DNA of 64,000 nucleotides from an uncultured Collinsella sp. (GTDB lineage: Bacteria; Actinomycetota; Coriobacteriia; Coriobacteriales; Coriobacteriaceae), in the NCBI GenBank assembly GCA_900548565.1, contig URKV01000001.1:4774-68773 (forward strand), in the 5' to 3' direction. The notes below the pieces were generated by a model. The model worked only from the letters and a program-made list of their open reading frames with translations, was not told the origin of the DNA and made no database searches. Below, in pieces: positions 55,618 to 64,000 of this stretch; position 1 is the stretch's first letter, and the number at the start of each line of letters is the position of its first letter. The translations under genes and the position numbers were made by a program.

Positions 55618-57042
55618 CTATGCGAATGGCTCGTCCTGCTGTATGGGAAACGTCACCGTAATGGTGGTTCCCACGCCCAACTCGCTCGACAGATCAAGCG
55701 TGGCGTGATGATACAGGGCCGCATGCTTGACAATGGCAAGCCCCAGGCCGGTTCCGCCGCGTGCCTTGGACCTACTCTTGTCCACGCGATAGAACCGCTC
55801 AAATACCTTGCCCTGTTCTTCAGGCGCGATACCGATTCCCGTGTCGGCGACAGCGAGGAACGGATGGCCTTCGTCGTTGGTGCCGCACTGCAGCGTAACC
55901 GTACCGCCGGGCCGATTGTAGCGGATGGCGTTGCTTGCCAGATTATAGATGAGCTCGTCGACCAAGCGCGACACGCCTTCGATGACCACAGGCTTGGTCT
56001 CATGACTTATCGTCACATTCGCCTGACGGGCAACCTGTTCAAGACGCTGCTCAACCGCGTAGATCGCACGCGAGAGCTCAATAGGCTCCGTGGACCCAAT
56101 GGGCACTGCCTCGCCTTCAGTTGCACGTTCGGCCTCGTCCAAGTTAGACAGCGTAAGGATGTCGTTGACAAGCGCTGCCAAGCGGCCCGCCTCACGATAG
56201 ATGCGACCGCCAAAGTTGCGCAGGTCGTCCTCGCCCTCGACCATGCCATTTGCGATGAGCTCGGCATAGCCCGAAATCGCCGTAAGCGGCGTCTTGAGCT
56301 CATGGGTGATATTCGCCGTGAACTCGCGGCGCATACGGTCGTTGTCCGCTAGCACCGCCATTTGGCGCTTGAGTTCCTGGCGCTGCGACTCGATGCGCTC
56401 AAGCATGGGGACCATCTCGGCATAGGCGTGCTCATAGCTACGGCGTGGGTGATCCAAATCCACCTCTTGCAACGGCGCGATGATGGCACGGGACTCACGG
56501 CGCGCCATAAAAAACGAGAGTACTGCACCCGCTGCTGCGATAAGCAGCATCGGCGCCAGCATCGACAGCAAAATCGCCGCAACGCCAGGCTGGGCCTGCG
56601 CCAAGCGGACGACCTGGCCGTTATCAAGGGTGACGGCGCGATACAGCATAATCTCGTCGAGTGTAGAGCTTGCGCGCTCCGCGGAACCCGAACCACTCTC
56701 AAAGGCCTCGATGACCTCGGGGCGATCGCCATGGTTGGGCAGTGTGGAAGGCGACGCCTCGTTGTCGTAGGCAACAGATCCGTCCTTATTGATCAGCGTG
56801 ATACGAAGATCCTCGCGATCGAGGCTCCGCAAGAACGGAATGGGCTCCTGCTGCTCGTCGAGGGCGGCAGCAATGAGCTCGGTTTCCTGCGCCAGATTGG
56901 CACTCGTGGCATCCGCCAAAGTGTTTTGCACAAAGAACGCACCCAGCACCGTAAACGCCACGATAACTGCCATGGCGCAGACAAAGATCGTCACAAAAAC
57001 GCGGTGCGACAGCGTATGTTTTCCCTGGGGGGCGAAGACCAC
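55618..57042 (-). CDS. Sensor histidine kinase, PhoR-like
   Basis: RITLI..DG, NHGDRPEV, ANITHELKTPLT, NAIRYN, DTGIGI, FERFYRVDKSRS, GGTGLGL. Confidence 0.9.
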   Translation of the reverse strand: MVFAPQGKHTLSHRVFVTIFVCAMAVIVAFTVLGAFFVQNTLADATSANLAQETELIAAALDEQQEPIPFLRSLDREDLRITLINKDGSVAYDNEASPSTLPNHGDRPEVIEAFESGSGSAERASSTLDEIMLYRAVTLDNGQVVRLAQAQPGVAAILLSMLAPMLLIAAAGAVLSFFMARRESRAIIAPLQEVDLDHPRRSYEHAYAEMVPMLERIESQRQELKRQMAVLADNDRMRREFTANITHELKTPLTAISGYAELIANGMVEGEDDLRNFGGRIYREAGRLAALVNDILTLSNLDEAERATEGEAVPIGSTEPIELSRAIYAVEQRLEQVARQANVTISHETKPVVIEGVSRLVDELIYNLASNAIRYNRPGGTVTLQCGTNDEGHPFLAVADTGIGIAPEEQGKVFERFYRVDKSRSKARGGTGLGLAIVKHAALYHHATLDLSSELGVGTTITVTFPIQQDEPFA

Positions 57043-57045
57043 GGG

Positions 57046-57774
57046 TTACTCCTCAGATGCGGTGGCCGCGGTGTCGTCGCCTTCGGCACCATCACCGGCA
57101 GAAGGCTCGGCCAAGCGGTAGCCCACGCCGCGCACGGTCTCGATGGCGCTGGCATGCTCGCCCAGTTTTTGGCGAAGCGTCTGCACGTGCACGTCGACGG
57201 TGCGCGAACCGCCGTCGAAGTCCCAGCCCCACACGCTCTGCAGCAACGACTCGCGGGTAAAGACCACGCCGGGCTTGCGCATGAGGTACTCGAGCAGGTC
57301 GAACTCGCGCAGGGTGAGCTTAAGCGGCTCGCCGGCCACGGTCACCTCGCGATGGCTGGGCGAAAGCACGATGTCGCCCACGCTGAGCACATCGCTCGCT
57401 TGCTTGACCATGCCGCCGCGACGCAGCAGTGCGCGGCAGCGGCTCGCAAGCTCCATGAGCGAAAACGGCTTAGTCAGGTAATCGTCGGCACCGCCATCGA
57501 GCGCCATCACCTTGTCGAGTTCGGTGTCCTTGGCGGTAAGCATCATGATGGGCACCGTCGCCGTCAGGCGATCGGCACGCAGGCGACGCATAATCGCCAA
57601 GCCATCGGTGTCGGGCAGCATGATATCGAGCAGCACAGCATCGGGCACCCGTCGCGCCACGGCAGCTTTAAACTCGCCATCGCACGAAAAGCCCTCGGCC
57701 TCGATTCCCTGCTTGCGCAGCGCGTAGACTGTCAAATCCCTGATGTTGTCATCGTCCTCGACGTAATAGATCAT
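57046..57774 (-). CDS. OmpR-family response regulator, PhoP/PhoB-like
   Basis: VEDD, LDIMLP, MLTAK, GADDYLTKPF, SRTVDVHV, TVRGVGY. Confidence 0.92.
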   Translation of the reverse strand: MIYYVEDDDNIRDLTVYALRKQGIEAEGFSCDGEFKAAVARRVPDAVLLDIMLPDTDGLAIMRRLRADRLTATVPIMMLTAKDTELDKVMALDGGADDYLTKPFSLMELASRCRALLRRGGMVKQASDVLSVGDIVLSPSHREVTVAGEPLKLTLREFDLLEYLMRKPGVVFTRESLLQSVWGWDFDGGSRTVDVHVQTLRQKLGEHASAIETVRGVGYRLAEPSAGDGAEGDDTAATASEE

Positions 57775-57838
57775 GTTGAACCCCTTTGCGGCCGATATGA
57801 CCGCATCTTAACCCTAAAGGCACCTGTAAAATACAGCG

Positions 57839-58714
57839 TCAGCCAAAACGCCCCGTCAAATAATCCGCGGTGCGCGGATCGGACGGATTCTTGAAGAGTT
57901 GCGCGGTGGGCGCGTGCTCCACCAGCTCACCCAGCAAAAAGAACGCAACCGAATCGGAAATACGCGCGGCCTGCTGCATGTTGTGCGTCACGACCACCAG
58001 CGTGCAGGTCTCCTTGAGCTCGCAGGCAAGCTGCTCCACCACGAGCGTCGACACAGGGTCGAGTGCCGAGGTCGGCTCATCCATCAGCAGAATGTCGGGC
58101 TGCACGGCAAGTGCGCGGGCGATGCACAGGCGCTGCTGCTGTCCACCCGAAAGACCCAGGCCCGACTCTTTGAGCTTGTCCTTGACCTCGTCCCACAGGG
58201 CAGCGCGACGCAGGGAGTCCTCGACCAGCTCATCGAGCATGACGCGGTCGCGCACACCCATACCGCGCGGACCGTAGGCGACGTTGTCGTAGATGCTCAT
58301 GGGAAACGGGTTGGGGCGCTGGAACACCATGCCCACGCGCTGGCGCAAACGGCAGATGTCGTAATCGCCCAGGATATCTTGACCATCGAGCGCAATCTTG
58401 CCCTCGATGCGGCAATCCTTGATGCCGTCGTTCATACGGTTAAAGCAGCGCAGCAACGTAGACTTTCCGCAGCCCGAAGGCCCGATGAACGAGGTGATCT
58501 GCTTGTCGCGGATCTTGATATTCACGTCCTTGAGCGCATGGTGGTCGCCATAGAACAGGTCGAGGCCCTCGACATCGATACGCGTCGGCGAGGCGGCAAG
58601 ATCCTCTGCCGTGGGGCGAGTCGCGTCCCCAACCTCGCGCTCATGCGCGGCCTCGGCCTGCGCTTCCATGAGTTCTTCAAGCTCCGTGGGCTCCACAGCC
58701 GCAGCAGCCGTCAT
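57839..58714 (-). CDS. pstB: Phosphate ABC transporter ATP-binding subunit
   Basis: [61 protein letters not shown]. Confidence 0.93.
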   Translation of the reverse strand: MTAAAAVEPTELEELMEAQAEAAHEREVGDATRPTAEDLAASPTRIDVEGLDLFYGDHHALKDVNIKIRDKQITSFIGPSGCGKSTLLRCFNRMNDGIKDCRIEGKIALDGQDILGDYDICRLRQRVGMVFQRPNPFPMSIYDNVAYGPRGMGVRDRVMLDELVEDSLRRAALWDEVKDKLKESGLGLSGGQQQRLCIARALAVQPDILLMDEPTSALDPVSTLVVEQLACELKETCTLVVVTHNMQQAARISDSVAFFLLGELVEHAPTAQLFKNPSDPRTADYLTGRFG

Positions 58715-58817
58715 ACCGCATACCTCCATATCGATATCAATTCAGCAGTATCGATAGTAGGAATCGCGGCTCATACGCACGTGAGCACATTGTCAAGTGT
58801 TTGTAAGGGCACGCTGG

Positions 58818-60056
58818 CTATGCGGCGGGCAGCTCGATGGTGAATATCGTGTGTTCGGGCGTCGATTCACATGCAACGGTACCGCCGTGTGCCGCGATGA
58901 TCTCCTTGGCAATAGCAAGGCCCAGGCCGGCACCACCGCGATTGGTCGCACGCGCCGCATCCAGGCGATAGAACTTCTCAAAGATCACCTTGAGCTTAGC
59001 CGCAGGGATAGGATCGCCCTGATTGATAAAGCGCACGCGCACGCCGCCATCGTCTTGGCGCCTGGCCTCAATCGTGATAGTCGAGCCCTCATAGCTATAG
59101 GCGACGGCGTTTTTCATGATGTTGTTGAACACGCGGGCCATCTTGTCGCCATCCACGAGCACCGTCAGGTCCTCGCGAATATCAACTTGGGCTTCCTTAT
59201 GCTGCTCGTTGAGGATGGGATAGAACTCGTCAGCCACCTGAGCCAGCAGCAACCCCAGATCAACATAGCCGCGCGTGAGCACGATATCGTGGAAGTCAAA
59301 GCGCGTGATATCGAAGAACTCTTCGATGAGCGCATCGAGCCGGTGCGCCTTGTCGAGCGCCACGCCCGTAAAGTGCGCACGTTGCTCAACCGGCAGCTCA
59401 GGAGCCTCTTGAAGCAGCGAAAGATAGCCCACCACACTGGCAAGCGGGGTGCGTAGGTCATGTGCCAAGTACGTGACCAGATCGTCCTTGCGATGAGACT
59501 CGTCACGCAAGGCCTGTTGCACCTTGCGCTCGCGATCGCGCACACGGTTGAGTGCGCCCTCGACCTCCAGGAAGTCGCCGTCGATGTTGTCCCAGGTGTC
59601 GGGGTGATCGATCAGGCGATCTTGAATACGAGCGGCCAGCACACAATCGGCATGCTGCTCGCCCTGCTCATAGCCCTGGTAGTACAGGGCGCGGCCGCAA
59701 AAGAACAGCACGCACACGGCAAGCGCCAGCACAAAGCCAAGCATGTTGAATACAAAGCCGGCATCGAACAGCACCGGCCCTTCGATGCCGCCGAGTGCCA
59801 TGGCGCCAATCGCCAACGTCATGGCCCACGCGGCACCGCCAATCACCACGCAGCGGCGTACGATTTCAAATCGATCGATCAGCAAAAAGCCGACAAGCAG
59901 CACCGCCAAGATTCCTGCGATGTTATCGATGCCAATCAGCAGCAGGCTCAGCAAAAAGAGCAGCACCGTTGCAAGCGCGCGGTTGTCGACGACCGACCTC
60001 ACGTATTCAAAGAGTCGATCGGGCACCTCGAATGCCTGCCTATCGTCTTTTGTCAT
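58818..60056 (-). CDS. Sensor histidine kinase, VanS-like
   Basis: LVTYLAHDLRTPLASV.GYL, LIEEFFDITR, RVFNNIMKNA, FEKFYRLDAAR, GAGLGLAIAK. Confidence 0.9.
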   Translation of the reverse strand: MTKDDRQAFEVPDRLFEYVRSVVDNRALATVLLFLLSLLLIGIDNIAGILAVLLVGFLLIDRFEIVRRCVVIGGAAWAMTLAIGAMALGGIEGPVLFDAGFVFNMLGFVLALAVCVLFFCGRALYYQGYEQGEQHADCVLAARIQDRLIDHPDTWDNIDGDFLEVEGALNRVRDRERKVQQALRDESHRKDDLVTYLAHDLRTPLASVVGYLSLLQEAPELPVEQRAHFTGVALDKAHRLDALIEEFFDITRFDFHDIVLTRGYVDLGLLLAQVADEFYPILNEQHKEAQVDIREDLTVLVDGDKMARVFNNIMKNAVAYSYEGSTITIEARRQDDGGVRVRFINQGDPIPAAKLKVIFEKFYRLDAARATNRGGAGLGLAIAKEIIAAHGGTVACESTPEHTIFTIELPAA

Positions 60057-60081
60057 ATCCACTTCCCCACCATCAAAGGCG

Positions 60082-60777
60082 TTATTCGATTATGTAGCCG
60101 ACGCCCCAGACGTTTTTGATAAAGCGCGGCTTTTGAGCGTCGTCACCGATCTTTTCGCGCAGGTGGCGAATGTGCACCATCACCGTATTGTTGGAGCCGG
60201 GCATAAAATCCTCGTTCCACACCGCGCGGAACAGATCCTCCACGGCCACCACACTGCCGCGATGCTCGACCAGATACAGCAAGATGGAATACTCGATGGG
60301 CGTGAGGCGCACCGGCGCACCGTCCACCATTACGGAACGAGCATCGCGGTTGATCTCCAGGCCGTCGAGCTGGATGATCGGCGACTCGGCCACCTGCGCG
60401 CGGCTACCGTAGCTGGTGTAGCGGCGAAGCTGAGCATGCACGCGCGCGATGAGCTCAAGCGGACGGAACGGCTTAACCACGTAATCGTCCGCGCCAAGCG
60501 AAAGGCCCTCGATCTTGTCTTGCTGGGCATCGCGCGCCGTCAGCATGATCACGGGATAGGTATGGCTGGAACGGATCGTACGCAGCAACTCAAGCCCATC
60601 GATATCGGGCAGCATGACATCCAGCAGCGCAAGATCGAACTCCTGCTCCAAGATTGCCTTGGCAGCATCGGCCCCGCTATAGGCGACCTGTACGTCAAAG
60701 CCTTCTTTTGTAAGGTAGATACCAACCAAGTCGGCGATGGCCTTTTCGTCATCAACTACCAAAATGCGCTCGTTCAT
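60082..60777 (-). CDS. OmpR-family response regulator, VanR-like
   Basis: VVDDE, LDVMLPDIDG, KPFRPLELIARV.AQLRRY, NNTVMVHIRHLREK, VWGVGY. Confidence 0.9.
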   Translation of the reverse strand: MNERILVVDDEKAIADLVGIYLTKEGFDVQVAYSGADAAKAILEQEFDLALLDVMLPDIDGLELLRTIRSSHTYPVIMLTARDAQQDKIEGLSLGADDYVVKPFRPLELIARVHAQLRRYTSYGSRAQVAESPIIQLDGLEINRDARSVMVDGAPVRLTPIEYSILLYLVEHRGSVVAVEDLFRAVWNEDFMPGSNNTVMVHIRHLREKIGDDAQKPRFIKNVWGVGYIIE

Positions 60778-60974
60778 GCGTGCTCCTCTCGCGCTCCATT
60801 ATGCCCGAGGGGGCGCATGCCACACACAACAAGCGTGGGTGATTAAGTCGGCCTTAAGCACCCTTGTGCCCGTTCGGGCGCGGATGTGGGCCACGCACGC
60901 ACGCGATGATCGCCGACACCGGCAAACGATATACTCTAGTTCTAGAAGAGACCATCCCGTCGAAAGCGAAATCT

Positions 60975-62315
60975 GTGAAGTCCCTCACCTCTTTTGCAAA
61001 GCGCTCAGCTCAGCTTGCCGCCGGCTTTGTCTGCGCTATCGCCCTTGCCGCTGGCGTGCCCACCGTCGCCGGCGCCCAAGTACTCACGACCGACAATGTT
61101 TGCGGCAAAACCGCCGATGCGCGCGGCATCACGGCCGAAAATCTGCCCGATATTGATGCGACCAATGCGCTCGTCATGGGCAAAGACGGCACCGTCTACT
61201 ATGGGCGCGGCGCCGATGAGCAGGTTAAAATCGCCTCGATCACCAAGGTCATGACCGCAATCCTAACCGTCGAGAATTGCAAGATGGACGAGAAGGTCAC
61301 GGTGAGCAACGCCGCAGCCACCGTGGGTAATTCGACCGCCGGCTTGCTCGAAGGTGACGAGCTTACCGTGGAGCAGGCACTGCGCGGCCTGATGATTCCC
61401 TCGGGCAACGACGCCGCCGTCGTGCTCGCCGAATATGTGGGCAAGAAGATCGACCCTAAGACCAAAGACGCCGAGGCAACCTTTGTGAAGGCCATGAACG
61501 AGCGCGCTAAGAAGCTCGGCTGCACCGGTACGCTTTTTGAAAACCCGCATGGTCTGGACTTTGATGAGTGGGCTGGCGATATGCACTCAACCGCACACGA
61601 CGTAGCGCTGATGATGCAGGAGGCCATGAAAAACGACACGATCCGCGAGGTCGTAGCGAGCGAGGATTCCTGGATCGAGGTCACGGGCGCCGACGGCACC
61701 GACCATTCGCATTCCATGGACACGCACAACGTTTTGCTCGGTCAGGACGGAAACATTGGCGGCAAGACCGGCACCACCGACGACGCGGGCTACTGCTTTA
61801 CGAGCGCCTACAACCGCGACGGCGACGAGATCTACACTGTTATTTTGAACTCCACCACCACCGACCAGCGCTTTACCGATACCGCCAGCCTTGCCAACTG
61901 GTACTACGGCCACAAGGTGACGGTCGCAATCGCCAACACGCAGGAAAAGACCGCCAACGGCAACCCGCTTATGGCGCGCATTGGCCAAACCGACTGGACG
62001 GATAAGACGATCGACGCCACACTCGCCGATCCCACGGCGCAAGCGACCGTGTTTTCCCTTGCCGGCGAGGTGACCGAAAAGGTTAGCTACGACGATCTTT
62101 CGGGCACGGTGCATGTGGGCGACAAGGTGGGCAGCGTCACGCTCAAGCAGGACGGCACCAAGATCGCCGTCATGGACCTAGTTGCCGACGAGGAAGGCGC
62201 AGGGCCGAATCCCATTGAATGGCTCCTTGTGAAGCTTGATCGCTTGGGCCGTCGCATCGACAACCGCCCGCTCACAGCAGAAAGCGAGACCGTCGCCAAG
62301 GCGCCCGAGGTGTAG
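60975..62315 (+). CDS. D-alanyl-D-alanine carboxypeptidase (peptidase S11); start uncertain (GTG 60975)
   Basis: Signal peptide-like N-terminus; ASITK (SxxK), SGNDAA (SxN), NPHGLD, GKTG. Confidence 0.9.
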   Translation: MKSLTSFAKRSAQLAAGFVCAIALAAGVPTVAGAQVLTTDNVCGKTADARGITAENLPDIDATNALVMGKDGTVYYGRGADEQVKIASITKVMTAILTVENCKMDEKVTVSNAAATVGNSTAGLLEGDELTVEQALRGLMIPSGNDAAVVLAEYVGKKIDPKTKDAEATFVKAMNERAKKLGCTGTLFENPHGLDFDEWAGDMHSTAHDVALMMQEAMKNDTIREVVASEDSWIEVTGADGTDHSHSMDTHNVLLGQDGNIGGKTGTTDDAGYCFTSAYNRDGDEIYTVILNSTTTDQRFTDTASLANWYYGHKVTVAIANTQEKTANGNPLMARIGQTDWTDKTIDATLADPTAQATVFSLAGEVTEKVSYDDLSGTVHVGDKVGSVTLKQDGTKIAVMDLVADEEGAGPNPIEWLLVKLDRLGRRIDNRPLTAESETVAKAPEV

Positions 62316-62342
62316 GGCGCAAGAATAATAAGCCCATTGAAA

Positions 62343-62373
62343 GGAGGCGTCCGAAAGGATGCCTCTTTTTTTT
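62343..62373 (+). terminator. Intrinsic terminator after carboxypeptidase
   Basis: GAGGCGTCC-GAAA-GGATGCCTC followed by a T-run. Confidence 0.8.
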
Positions 62374-62375
62374 GA

Positions 62376-62657
62376 GGGTTCGAATCCCCAGTTAACATTC
62401 TCCTAATCAAAAAAGGGCCCTGAATGGGACCCTTCTTTCAATTCATACTGGCGGAGAGCTGGGGATGTCCGGGCATGCTACGCATGCCCTCCGGCTTCAA
62501 AGCCTGGCGGCTTTTCGCCCACGGGCTACAAACGCTTTCGCGTTTGCTTAACGCCCGTGCCCTCTCGGGTTCGAATCCCCAGCGCCCTTTCTCGATAATA
62601 AAAAAGGGCCTCCGATGGGACCCTTCTTTAAAGTTAAACTGGCGGAGAGCTGGGGAT
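62376..62657. repeat. tRNA-linked duplication (period 191 bp) including an 18-bp copy of the tRNA 3' end
   Basis: TGGCGGAGAGCTGGGGAT at 62449 and 62640; GGGTTCGAATCCCCAG at 62376 and 62567; AAAAAGGGCC..ATGGGACCCTTCTTT in both units. Confidence 0.8.
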
Positions 62658-62730
62658 TCGAACCCCAGATGCCCTTTTGGGGCATACTCGCTTAGCAGGC
62701 GAGCACCTTCGGCCTCTCGGTCAGCTCTCC
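62640..62730 (-). tRNA. tRNA-Ser (anticodon GCT)
   Basis: GGAGAGCTGACCGAGAGGCCGAAGGTG-CTCGC-CTGCTAA-GCGAG-long variable arm-GGTTCGAATCC-CCAGCTCTCCGCCA; cloverleaf with encoded CCA. Confidence 0.97.
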
Positions 62731-62798
62731 GTAACAGCCGTTCTATAGTAACCAAACAGTCGAGGATGGGCAAGAGGGAATTTGGAGCGATTCCATTT

Positions 62799-63881
62799 TT
62801 ACCTTTCCCGCACCGCCTCCAACAAATAGTCGCGCATATACGGAATTGCAAACGAAACACAGCCATAGCCCGCAGGCTCAATCAACCCCGCATCGATGAG
62901 ACGTTTACGATACGAGCCGACCTTGTTCGCCGGCAACCCCATCTTCTTGGCGATATCACCGTTGGCAATCTCATCGCCCTCGCATTGAGCCATTGCCGCG
63001 AGATACTGAAACTGTCGCTCTGAAACCCTGCGCAGCGCCGGGGCAATCACCATAGCATTAAAGCTATCAAGAGCCGCTTGGATACCTTTACGCGCGGACC
63101 CTTCGTTCACGCTCTCCGCCCCGCTGCGCGCAGCAACCTGCCAAGCGTAATATCCGACCAACTGGACCATAAAGGGATAGCCTGCTGAAGCCTTTGTTAA
63201 TAGCTCAGCGGCGTCTTCATCGAGCTCCTTGCCCGCTCGTCTCATTGTATCCTCAAGCGATCCACCGACTTCAAAATCGGAGAGACGAGTGAGTTCGATA
63301 TGTTTTGCCCGCTGAAGGAAGGTAAGGGTATCATCAACCACCACGCCATCCACCGATGTTGGCAAGCCGGCGAATGCAAAAGCGACATTCGCCCCTTGGC
63401 GAATCAAAAGCTGCATCTCATTGCCCAGCTCGCGTATTTCCTCAGTTGAGGCATCCTGAATCTCGTCGAGCGTAATGAGCAGACCTCCGCGCTTCGCGGC
63501 ATCGTACATTGCCTCGCCCAGATGAGATGCCGACTTCGATACCTCAACGGAGCCAAGGCTGACTCCTAGAATTGATGGGGAAATCGACATTGACTCAAGA
63601 CGAACATTTCGTTGTAGAGCCTCGAGGATTCTACTGCAAAAACCGGCATTCGAGGCGACGTCAACAACCTCGAATCCTTTTTTTCGCGCAAGATCACCCA
63701 ATGCATTGAGAAGCACCGTTTTACCTGTGCCTCGGACGCCCGAGATGCGCATGAGTCGATCGGGAGCACCAGGACCATTCTCAAGGGCCTCGGCAAAATC
63801 ATCCAAAACAGCGTCACGTCCGATAAGCTCAGGCGGATTCATGCCCGCCGTTGGCTTAAAGGGATTAATGGCTTTCGACAT
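62799..63881 (-). CDS. AAA+ ATPase (AAA_16-like) with C-terminal winged helix
   Basis: NPFKP..G..P, Walker A GVRGTGKT, Walker B ITLDE, GYPFMVQL, RKRLIDAGLI; RBS GAGGAGGG. Confidence 0.85.
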   Translation of the reverse strand: MSKAINPFKPTAGMNPPELIGRDAVLDDFAEALENGPGAPDRLMRISGVRGTGKTVLLNALGDLARKKGFEVVDVASNAGFCSRILEALQRNVRLESMSISPSILGVSLGSVEVSKSASHLGEAMYDAAKRGGLLITLDEIQDASTEEIRELGNEMQLLIRQGANVAFAFAGLPTSVDGVVVDDTLTFLQRAKHIELTRLSDFEVGGSLEDTMRRAGKELDEDAAELLTKASAGYPFMVQLVGYYAWQVAARSGAESVNEGSARKGIQAALDSFNAMVIAPALRRVSERQFQYLAAMAQCEGDEIANGDIAKKMGLPANKVGSYRKRLIDAGLIEPAGYGCVSFAIPYMRDYLLEAVRER

Positions 63882-63900
63882 TCGACCCTCCTCTGCTAGT

Positions 63901-63954
63901 TTTAACAACTTTAACAAAGTTTAGCAACTTTAGCAGAGTTTAACAGGTTTAGCA
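63901..63954. repeat. Six TTTA(A/G)CA heptamers spaced 9-10 bp upstream of the AAA ATPase
   Basis: Starts at 63901, 63910, 63920, 63929, 63939, 63948. Confidence 0.75.
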
Positions 63955-64000
63955 GACCTAGCCGCTTTTGACCTTACCGGTCCTGCTGGAGCCACCCACT

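Noticed and set aside
58818..60777. Vancomycin resistance cluster
   Set aside because: No D-Ala-D-Lac/Ser ligase, vanH, vanX or vanT nearby
62449..62583. Second tRNA gene
   Set aside because: Only the 3' 18 nt and an inverted T-arm are present; no cloverleaf can be formed

Overview
GC-rich bacterial chromosomal window; gene content and protein style suggest Coriobacteriia, probably Collinsella-like (inference). Bases 1-26.8 kb hold a ~27 kb pectin/oligogalacturonide and hexuronate utilisation locus. It contains kdgK, eda, kduD, an RpiB-type DKI isomerase, GH105, an SGNH esterase, a CE8 pectin methylesterase fused to an alpha/beta hydrolase, GH28, a GPH/MFS importer and uxaABC, plus two LacI and one GntR regulator. 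An AlbA_2/ATP-binding gene and two flavin/Fe-S oxidoreductases are embedded in it. Two operator motifs are visible (AGGTGAACGTTCACCT at about 10 sites; ACGAAACCGATTTCGT at 2 promoters). A multi-hairpin leader with conserved C-rich loops and covarying stems occurs twice and is the best candidate for an undescribed structured RNA. The rest of the window contains feoA-feoA-feoB, an HPr with natural Asp46, aspS, serB, a partial lactate racemase cluster (larB, short larC, TetR, larD-like channel, larA), ppc, hisS and an EamA transporter. It continues with two yhgE/pip genes bracketed by 168-bp inverted repeats, htpG, a GNAT, an orphan cpsC/D/B tyrosine-kinase module, phoPR-like genes with a lone pstB, a vanRS-like pair divergent from a D,D-carboxypeptidase, tRNA-Ser(GCT) with a duplicated 3' end, and an AAA ATPase. 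Several palindromic intergenic repeat families are present. No CRISPR array, rRNA, transposase or integrase was seen.
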